Source: Macrostomum hystrix
Lineage: Eukaryota; Animalia; Platyhelminthes
Reading direction: 5' to 3'
Assembly: GCA_950097015.1 (NCBI GenBank)
Contig: CATNEN010000038.1
Location: 21,328,001-21,392,000 of the forward strand
DNA: 64,000 bases
Part shown: piece by piece, positions 23,740 through 33,300 of the stretch
How the letters are laid out: each line of letters opens with the position of its first letter
Position numbering within the stretch: the stretch's first letter is position 1
Position numbers and translations under genes: made by a program
The notes under the pieces: generated by a model
Told to the model about the DNA's origin: nothing
Seen by the model: only the letters and a program-made list of their open reading frames with translations
Databases searched by the model: none

Positions 23740-24072
23740 CAGAATATCAGCAGGAATCGCAGCAAGAGTCAGAGATAGAATCGCAGCTAGAAGCATAACT
23801 TGAAATGAAGCAGAAATCATAGCTAGAACCGCAGCTAGAATCGCAGCTAGAATCGCAGCTAGAATCGCAGGTATAAGCATAACTTCAATTGCAGCAGCAA
23901 TCAAAGCTAGAATCGCAACTAAGAGCATAACTTGAATTGCAGCAGCAATCATAGCTAGAATCGCAGCTAGAATCGCAGCTAGAATCGCAGCTAGAATCGC
24001 AGCTAGAATCGCAGCTAGAATCGCAGCTAGAATCGCAGGTAGAATCGCAGGTAGAATCGCAGGTAGAATCGG
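23740..24072. repeat. 12-bp repeat (GCTAGAATCGCA); related degenerate copy in opposite orientation at about 6535-6650
   Basis: Tandem periodicity. Confidence 0.85.
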
Positions 24073-25073
24073 AGAAAGAGTCTAAATGTAATGCCTAACA
24101 GTTGCCAAAGTATGAGACACACGAAAAAGTGTCATGTTTTATTCAAATAATTTTTCTAATATATTTCAAATTTCAAATATTTCAAATATCTACAATATTC
24201 TTTTATCTGTATCTCCAAAAAGTATTCTACCTAAAATCTTCCTTTCTATCTGATGAAACAACTTCTATTATTATGATACAAAGCATCGGCATCGTCGACT
24301 TACTCAACGGTTCTCGGATCAACGATTAAGCTCTGGGTGTCTGGTGGTGAAAACTACAAACAGTCATGATTGTTCTGCACACAAAATATTATCAAATAAC
24401 TTTATTCAGCTGTACGTTTTGATATTGCATTGATTGTTAATTATTACATTATTGAACCAATATTCATTTGCCACAGAGGTTTATACAGAGAAATGTTAGT
24501 TGTCCTTGTCACCAGGGTCTTCGACAAGAATCTCGACGATGCTGACATCGGACGGCATTGAAAGTCAGTTCATCGCAGAGGGTGTAAAATGTTGATCCGA
24601 GTGGTTTACTTTCAACTCGGTCATTACCCATCGTTCAAATGCCCCCTATCGAACTGATCAATGCAGTTGGATTTTTACACGGCCCTCTAACTCAAGATTC
24701 TTCTATTTAAAATAGTTTAATTTTGAGCAGATGCAAATTGATCAGCAGAAAAACAAAACATTCTCACAATTCTTCTAGATCGTGCAAATGGTTAGTGTGT
24801 GAAGGCCAGCGTGCCTTACCTCCACTTCCAATGCCAACAGCCCACCCGCAAATATCAATTGATGCACGTCAAGAGGCGTCAACTAATTTTACCAACTCGA
24901 TTATGTAACTAATGAGTAGGAAGTACGGGAGCACGTTGCTATGCTTTCTTCTATTTATTGGCAAAAGTTGTCTATCTGTCCGCAACCACTTCAGAGCTAA
25001 TCTGCGCATTCAGGAGTAAGTCAAGCCAAGATCAACCTTCGGTTTCAGCTAACGAATAGTTTGGCTTCAGCTA

Positions 25074-27770
25074 ATGGCGCAAGTGGCAGCTCTAGTTAGT
25101 CACTGGCCGAGTACAGTAGATCCATTCTCAGCTCACAGCACCTTCGCACTAGGTCTCTATGGAGCATTTGCCCAGGCCAACGCAGGTGAGTCTCAAGATC
25201 CGTGAGATCTTATAGATCCGCCACTAAATGGGGAGAATTGGGCTTGAGAGAAGTCGACTCTCGCTAATAGTCTATTAGCTCTAATCCTTTTCTACGATAG
25301 ATTCCTCGGCGCTATTTCTAAAAATAGAAAAAAATTGCATCGTTCGCTACAAGTCTGCATTTCCTAGGATTCTCCCATATGCGTCAGCTGCTATTTTTGG
25401 CAACATACGTTTCTCTGACGTCAGTTTCTAATTTTAGAAAGTCACGTGGTTTTTTCCACGTGGTCTCCCTTAGCCAATCAAGCTTTAGGTGCTGATTGGA
25501 ACGGTTTAAAGTAGGCTGACAGCCATGAAACATTGCACTGCCACCAAACCACTCACCATCTTGCAGGCAAGAACATCCTGTTCTCGCCTCTCTCGATCTT
25601 CGCCGCGCTGAGCATGGTCCTGCCGGGCGCCCAGAAGGAGACTCTGCAACAGCTGCTGTCCGCCATGCGCCTGATTCGTGACTCTGGCCAGCCGCCGCTG
25701 AGTCCGGCAGTGCTCAACCAGCTGGAGTCGGCGCTGGGCAGGATGCTGGCCGCCGCTGCTCCGGCTGGCGACGGCGGCGGGGAGCGCCTGCAGTCCGGCC
25801 TCCTGTCCGCCAACCGGGCCTTCATTGACGCCGGGCTGGAGGTGCGGCCGGCCTTCCTGGCTGCGCTGAGGGACCGCTTCAACGCAACTGTGCTCAAGGT
25901 AAGATTTCGCATTGATTGCTTTTGTTTATCTGACCAATTTTTTTACACCTGTATGTGTGTGATTGTGAGTCATAACTATGCCACAAGTTTCTACCTTTGC
26001 TAATTGAACCTTGACATTGTTAGACTAGAGCAATGGCTAAAAAGTGCCTTGATTAACGACGACTCAAAAAGTTTTACCCAAAGGCTGCAATTCTAACTGC
26101 AGATAAAATGATTCACACTGACAATTTATCACACCTACCCCATTCGGGCCATGTATGTAGCCAGCAGCCGCAGCTATCGTGCGGCGCATCTGAAGGCTGC
26201 CAGTGGCTGTTCAGTCCATGGACTGGGGGGACGCCACAACCCACCCTCGATTAACCCAGCAAAAATGCTGGCACACATTTAACAGCTGAGTGAACTGAAG
26301 CAATACAGAGTTTATTGTCTTGCCAAAGGACACAAATTGTTCCAGTGGAGTCAGGAATCGAACCCTAGACCTTCAAGTCGTGAGTCCGACGCTCTAACCA
26401 CTAGGCTACAAACCCCCAGACTTATAGTTTTAAGAGTCCAAAGCTTTAACCATGAAGCTACAATGTGGGTTGCATGATTCACGAAAATCGGCAGGCCGAC
26501 TTCCAATATTCCGCCGATTCGGAGCGTACGCGAATCAACAAGTGGATAGCAATGGTCACCAGGGACAAGATACCCGAACTGTTTCCAGAGGACTCCATCA
26601 CCAGTAGTACTCGCTTGGTGCTGGCAAACGCTCTGTACTTCAATGGTGAGCACACTCACAATCTTGGACTGAATAATAATCTATTATAATCTAATTATTA
26701 GTAAGATCATTACAAAAGTGCTTGAATAACCGTTTTCCCACCAGCTAAGTGGACGCTGCCCTTCAATCCGAGTGACACGAGCGACGCACCCTTTGAGCTG
26801 AGCGCCTCGACTAGCGCCTCGGTTGTCGTGCCGATGATGCAAAGAGAAGACTACTTCCAGATTGTCAACTTCGACAATGTGCTCACCGGCGTGCGCTTCG
26901 AATTCAACGACACCGGCTCCCAGCGGATGTCGATGCTGGCGGTGCTGCCAGAGCAGAGGCATGGTCTTGACGCCCTGCTGGCCGGCATGTCCGAGGCCGA
27001 CTGGCAGCGGCTGGTGGATAAGCCCGGCGAGAATATGCGCGCTCGTGTCAGCCTGCCGAAGGTGAGCACTGGCTTTGCGCGTCTGTGTTTAAGAAAAATA
27101 TGCTCGGGCGTCGGTTGAGCATTTATAGGACATAGTTGAGAACTAGAGGGCAATCGGAAGAGTTTACAGTTGCTCAGACACAGTCACAGTTTTCAGAACA
27201 TTGTCGAGAGTTTTCAGGAGATTGTCGAGAGTTTGTAGGACATTGCGAAGAGTTGGTAGGACATTGTCGAGAGTTGGTAGGGCACAGACATTTTCGAGAG
27301 GGTTGAAGAGTTGTAGAGAGTTGGTCGGACGTTTCGGGAGTGGGTTGGGGATTGTTGTTGAGTTTTTGTTATTCTGTCGATCTACAAAAAGCGGCCTCTC
27401 AAATGCTGGCGTTCTCACGCGTTTTCAGTTGAAATTTTCTTCTGCGACGGACCTCTCAAACGCTGACTACCTTCCGAAGCTGGGAGTTCGCGATTTGTTT
27501 TTCCACATCGCCGACCTCAGCGGCATCGCCCTGAAACCTGGGGAACTGTTCGTCAGTGGCATCTTCCACAAAGCTGTGCTGCAGTGGGACGAGTTTGGCG
27601 CTGAAGGAGCTGCAGCCACCAGCGTGGCGGTAGGCTTTACTTCAGAGTCGCCAAGCATTGTATTTAACCAGCCCTTCCTAGTCATTGTGGCGCGAGAAGT
27701 CGCCGATAGTGACGGAAAAAGGCGCCAGGTGCCGATCTTTGTCGGTCGAGTGTCCGACCCCAGGGTCTAA
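25074..27770 (+). CDS. Serpin C, recent duplicate of A; exons 25074-25185, 25567-25898, 26495-26645, 26745-27061, 27429-27770; RCL ATSVAVGFT-SESP
   Basis: Exon lengths identical to serpin A, intact frame, canonical splice sites. Confidence 0.93.
26140..26415 (-). mobile_element. tRNA-derived SINE in serpin C intron 2 (duplicated with the gene)
   Basis: Near-identical to 14230-14505. Confidence 0.85.
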
Positions 27771-28592
27771 GGCTGTCAGCCGGAGGGTCAAGTTGCTTCA
27801 TGAGCTGAGTGGTGATTTCCACCTTGACATTTTCTAACCTGAATTTAAAATTGAATTGACATTGGATTTACAATAAGCCATTCAACAGTATTGGTTTGTG
27901 TTTTACGTCAATAAAGGTTTTCATATTTCGTATTTGAAATTATCGCTTCAAAATATAAAATGGAGAGAGAATGGTGAATGTTAAACAGTAGAAAGACAAA
28001 GGAGCTACATTTTATCAAATGCTTGCAATTTACATTTCTTTCTTTGACTCCCGATTTTTAACCAATCGCCATGGAAATCCAGAACTTTGTCTAAAATGTT
28101 CCGCTCTATCCGATGAAACAACATCCAGAATTACAAAACATCGGCATCGTCCGACATATTCAAGGATTCTCGTCGGGGTGTCTGGGGGGCAAAAGCCACT
28201 AATCTAGATATAATTTGCTGCTCTTAAAATTTGAGCATTTAACCATATCGGCTATTATCGTTGGTTATAATTTTTATTATTCTATTATCGAACCAATATG
28301 GTTTCGCTATAGAGTTTTATGCAGCAACTAGCAACTAGCAACTAGCAACTAGCAACTAGCGGTGCTAGTTGTCCTTGTCACGAGCGTCTCCGACAAGAAT
28401 ATCTTGACGATTCTGACGTCGGACGGCTTTGAAATTCATCGTAATGCGGTGGAAAATTAAAATGCGAGTATAGACACTTTATATCTATGGTATAAACTTA
28501 AGGGCTTATGACTAGCCATATGCGTGCTGAAATGCAAGTGTCTATGGTAAAAGCACTTTGAATTTACATGGGCACTCCGTGCAGGAATGTCA

Positions 28593-29913
28593 ATCGTGCA
28601 AGAATGTGATGTGCAATGTTTCTCTATTTAGCATAACAGCCATAGACTACAAGCATGAACAGAAACCACCAATTCGTATATATTTAACATACGAAACTAT
28701 TAATTTAGGATAAGCATAAACATAGAGCTAAACATAAACAAAAGTTTATAAACAAAAATGCTAAAAAATGTGAAAAAATTATTAAACAATAAATTTCATC
28801 AAACAAATTGAAAAGAATTTGATAAGCTCAAGAGTTCTTTTAATTACCTTGACAGAAAATGAGACACTATCTCACTCAAACACAAATTCGACAAAGTCGC
28901 CATGTGCCCGAATCTTCGAACTCTCGGTCTCGCGGCCAACATACTCCGACGTGACACAGTTGGCTCGTGCAGAAACCGACACCGATACATTGAAGCTGTC
29001 TGACGCCGTTGCGACCTCGGATTGCCCTTTGATACCAGGGCTCAGAGCTGTTGTCAAGTGGCCACTCATTTTTGTGATTTCCGAGTCTCACTTTCTACCG
29101 CGGCGGATGTAGCGCTGCACTGACGCGACATTCTTGTGGCCGGTGACTTTTGCGATACTCTCCAGGCTGAAGCCACCTTAGTGAAGCTCCGTCACCACAG
29201 TTGCACGAATACTGTAAGGCGTGTAAACCTTTGAAAACCCCGCGTTGCTTGAGATAGTCTTCAACATTGGTCCAAGCGTGTTGACACCCAGAGGAGTCTT
29301 GTAGTACCAAACGCCGTCCGCAGCTACGGCCATCTTTGGTCGTAGGAAGAAGTCACGCCCATTCCATCCTGGTATTGCCTGCACCTTGTCTCGATACAGC
29401 CTGAAGGCCTCCACCGGGCAGTTGGCAGCCCCAGGCTTGGAAACCATTTCGGCTTCCTTGTTGTCATCGCACTTCCGCAGATCGGTGGAGCCCTGGACGT
29501 TCTTACTGGCACCTTGTTGGAAGCAAATTGAGATACGACCGTTGGCCAGCTCTCTCAGAGAACGTCTCGAAATCAAATCTCTCAGCCATTCTCGGCCACG
29601 GTTGCCAAAATAGTAAATGGCGTTAAAATAGACATCCTCCATCAGCCTGCGCGGGTCCTGTCGATTGAAATACCGCGCTTTTGAAACTTTTCCAGGTCTT
29701 CACTTTCAATCGCTCAGATCGCTCTCTCTTTCAAGATTGCCTTCAATTGCCTCAACGCTAACAGCTTCCGTCGACAGACCTTCGACCTCAACGAATCGCA
29801 GATCGATCATAGGTGGCAACAGATTTGGATTAACAATTGAAGAGACTATAAAAACTGACGACACAAAGCCCGTCTGATAAGATATATCTTTTCTTTCCAT
29901 CGTGCAAGAATGT
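28593..29913 (-). mobile_element. Decayed Crypton-like tyrosine-recombinase element bracketed by a 15-bp direct repeat
   Basis: AIESEDLEK/RYFNRQDPRRLMEDVYFNAIYYFGNRGRE...SKNVQG...CPVEAFRLY...FFLRP...WYYKTPLGVNTL...YTPYSIRAT..LH*GGFSLESIAKVTGHKNVASVQRY. One frameshift near 29680 and an in-frame stop at 29178-29180; ATCGTGCAAGAATGT at 28593 and 29899. Confidence 0.85.
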
Positions 29914-30317
29914 TCAGACTAGCTCGCGCATATTTTGTCTATGGTTCAAGTCTAACTGTGGTGGAATCAAATAAGAATGGGAATCAAGCAACTTGACTTA
30001 GTGCGTCTATATGGCAAAAACACATTCGCTAGATTCCTCCAACAAATATGAAGACGCAATTGTCTTCAATTACTAAGTTTTACCATAGACATGCCGTTAA
30101 AGAAATATAGGATATTTTATAGGATCTTAAAATAGTTAGCTGTTTATACTAACCCTCGTTTTGGTAAGCTACTCATCGTTGAAATTAGTTTGTGAAGCAT
30201 GTGCCATAGACCTGAAGTTTCTAAAAGTACCAATTGATACTAATCACATCGCATGGAAGTCATTTATGCGTAGTCAATTACTTAGAGCCTTAGGTAAAGT
30301 CAAGGCTACAACATAAT

Positions 30318-33300
30318 ATGTCCACACCGGAGACTAGGGACTTAGTGAGCTCAATCGGTGAGGCTGAGAAGTTAGTCACCGATGGAGCAAACAAATCCTG
30401 TAGTTTGCGGCTTCTCAGCAATAAAATCGAAACCATGGCCGCCTTGTGTAGCGCAAAGTGCAAAGAATGGCTCGCCCGCGTTGCCTACCCGCTGTCAAGC
30501 AAACTGGCCAAACTCGGAGCCGACCCAGCGACGCGGCGAAGCGACTTCACCGCTCTCTGCCGCTTCAGCTTCACGCCTGGAGACTTGGGGAGTGTTTGGT
30601 GCAAACAATTGGCCGAATGCCTTAGGCTTCTGGGATGGACATGCGATGATGCGATTGCCAGCGGCAAAGGTACGAAGCCGGGATGCTGTTTGAGCAGACA
30701 TCGTTCCAGATCCTCAGATCATGAGCACAGTTTGAGCAGACATCCTTCCAGATCCTCAGATCATGAGCACAGTTTGAGCAGACATCCTTCCAGATCCTCA
30801 GATCATGAGCACAGTTTGAGCAGACATCCTTCCAGATCCTCAGATCATGAGCACAGTTTGAGCAGACATTTTTCCAGATCCTTTAGATCATGAGCACAGT
30901 TTGAGCAGACATCTTTCCAGATCCTTTAGATCATGAGCACAGTTTGAGCAGACATCGTTCCAGATCCTTTAGATCATGAGCACTGTTTGAGCAGACATTC
31001 TTCCAGATCCTCAGATCATGAGCACAGTTTGAGTAGACATTCTTCCAGATCCTCAGATCATGAGCACAGTTTGAGTAGACATCCTTCCAGATCCTCAGAT
31101 CATGAGCACAGTTTGAGCAGACATCTTTCCAGATCCTCAGATCATGAGCACAGTTTGAGCAGACATCTTTCCAGATCATCAGATCATGCTGTTTGATAAA
31201 CAATCCGGCTCCTGCGCGTCCCTGTCTCTGCCACCGCCGGTTCTCCTTGGTCCCGAGGCGGCTTCAAAAGTGCGCCGTTGTCCCGACTACGGTCAACTCG
31301 CTGCTCGGCTGGTGTGCTTGCACTGTCGATTTGTCAACGTTGAAGACGGAGGCGGTGATGCTACCGCGTTCTGGAATCTGTGCGAGTCAGTGGAAGCTTT
31401 CGAACGGAGCCTCAAACAGCTGGCTCAAATGGGCCTGATTGGCAGAGATGGTTTGTCGGCGACTGAAAATTTAAAAGCGACAGCGGGCATCGATGACTGG
31501 CCAAATGATTGTTCGACTGGCAATCGAAACGGTTGCCGCCTGTCCAGTGGCGACTTCATGCTGCCGACCCTGCACCTGGGAGAGGTCTGGGGTCCGCGAG
31601 TGGCTGCGTTTCTTGAGGTGAGGATGAGTTTAGGTGAGACTGAGTTTGGGTGAGGTAAGTTTAGGTGAGGATGAGTTTAGGTTAGGATGAGTTTAGGTGA
31701 GGTAAGTTTAGGTGAAGATGAGTTTAGGTGAGGCTGAGTTTGGGTGAGGTTGAGTTTAAGTGATGTGGAGTTTAGGCGAGGTTGACTTTAGGTTAGGTAA
31801 GTTTAGGTGAGGTTGAGTTTAGGTGAGGATCAGTTTGGGTGAGGATGAGTTTAGGTGACGCTGAGTTTAGGTGAGCATAAGTTTAGGTGAGGATGAGTTT
31901 AGGTGTGGTAAGTTTAGGTGAGGATGAGTTTAGGTGAGGTTGAGTTTGGGTGAGGTTGAGTTTGGGTGAGGTTGAGTTTAAGTGATGTGGAGTTTAGGCG
32001 AGGCTGAGTTTAGGTGAGGTTGAGTTTAGGTGAGGTTGAGTTTAGGTGAGGCTGAGTTTAGGCGAGGCTGAGTTTAGGTGAGGTTGAGTTTAGGTGAGGT
32101 AAGTTTAGGTGAGGTTGAGTTTAGGTTAGGTAAGTTTAGGTGAGGTTGAGTTTAGGTGAGGATCAGTTTGGGTGAGGATGAGTTTAGGTGACGCTGAGTT
32201 TAGGTGAGCATAAGTTTAGGTGAGGATGAGTTTAGGTGTGGTAAGTTTAGGTGAGGATGAGTTTAGGTGAAGATGAGTTTAGGTGAGGCTGAGTTTGGGT
32301 GAGGTTGAGTTTAAGTGATGTGGAGTTTAGGCGAGGCTGAGTTTAGGTGAGGTTGAGTTTAGGTGAGGTAAGTTTAGGTGAGGTTGAGTTTAGGTTAGGT
32401 AAGTTTAGGTGAGGTTGAGTTTAGGTGAGGATCAGTTTGGGTGAGGATGAGTTTAGGTGACGCTGAGTTTAGGTGAGCATAAGTTTAGGTGAGGATGAGT
32501 TTAGGTGAGGCTGAGTTTAGGTGAGGTACGTTTAGGTGAGGATGAGTTTAGGTGAGATACGTTTAGGTGAGGATGAGTTTAGGTGAGGCTGAGTTTAGGT
32601 GAGGCTGAGTTTAGGTGAGGTACGTTTAGGTGAGGATGAGTTTAGGTGAGGATAGGTTTAGGTGAGGTACGTTTAGGTGAGGATGAGTTTAGGTGAGGAT
32701 AGGTTTAGGTGAGGTACGTTTAGGTGAGGATGAGTTTAGGTGAGGATAGGTTTAGGTGAGGTACGTTTAGGTGAGGATGAGTTTAGGTGAGGCTGAGTTT
32801 AGGTGAGGCTGAGTTTAGGTGAGGTACGTTTAGGTGAGGATGAGTTTAGGTGAGGTACGTTTAGGTGAGGATGAGTTTAGGTGAGGCTGAGTTTAGGTGA
32901 GGCTGAGTTTAGGTGAGGTACGTTTAGGTGAGGATGAGTTTCGGTGAGGATAGGTTTAGGTGAGGTACGTTTAGGTGAGGATGAGTTTAGGTGAGGATAG
33001 GTTTAGGTGAGGTACGTTTAGGTGAGGATGAGTTTAGGTAAGGATAGGTTTAGGTGAGGTACGTTTAGGTGAGGATGAGTTTAGGTGAGGCTGAGTTTAG
33101 GTGAGGCTGAGTTTAGGTGAGGCTGAGTTTAGGTGAGGTACGTTTAGGTGAGGATGAGTTTAGGTGAGGTACGTTTAGGTGAGGATGAGTTTAGGTGAGG
33201 CTGAGTTTAGGTGAGGCTGAGTTTAGGTGAGGTACGTTTAGGTGAGGATGAGTTTAGGTGAGGATAGGTTTAGGTGAGGTACGTTTAGGTGAGGATGAGT

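Noticed and set aside
12248-28120. Serpin A/C duplication as an uncollapsed-haplotype artefact
   Set aside because: Clustered RCL differences, private indels and different downstream neighbours favour real paralogs, although reads are needed to exclude an artefact.
29178-29180. Programmed stop read-through in the recombinase
   Set aside because: The accompanying frameshift and catalytic His-to-Tyr change indicate ordinary decay.
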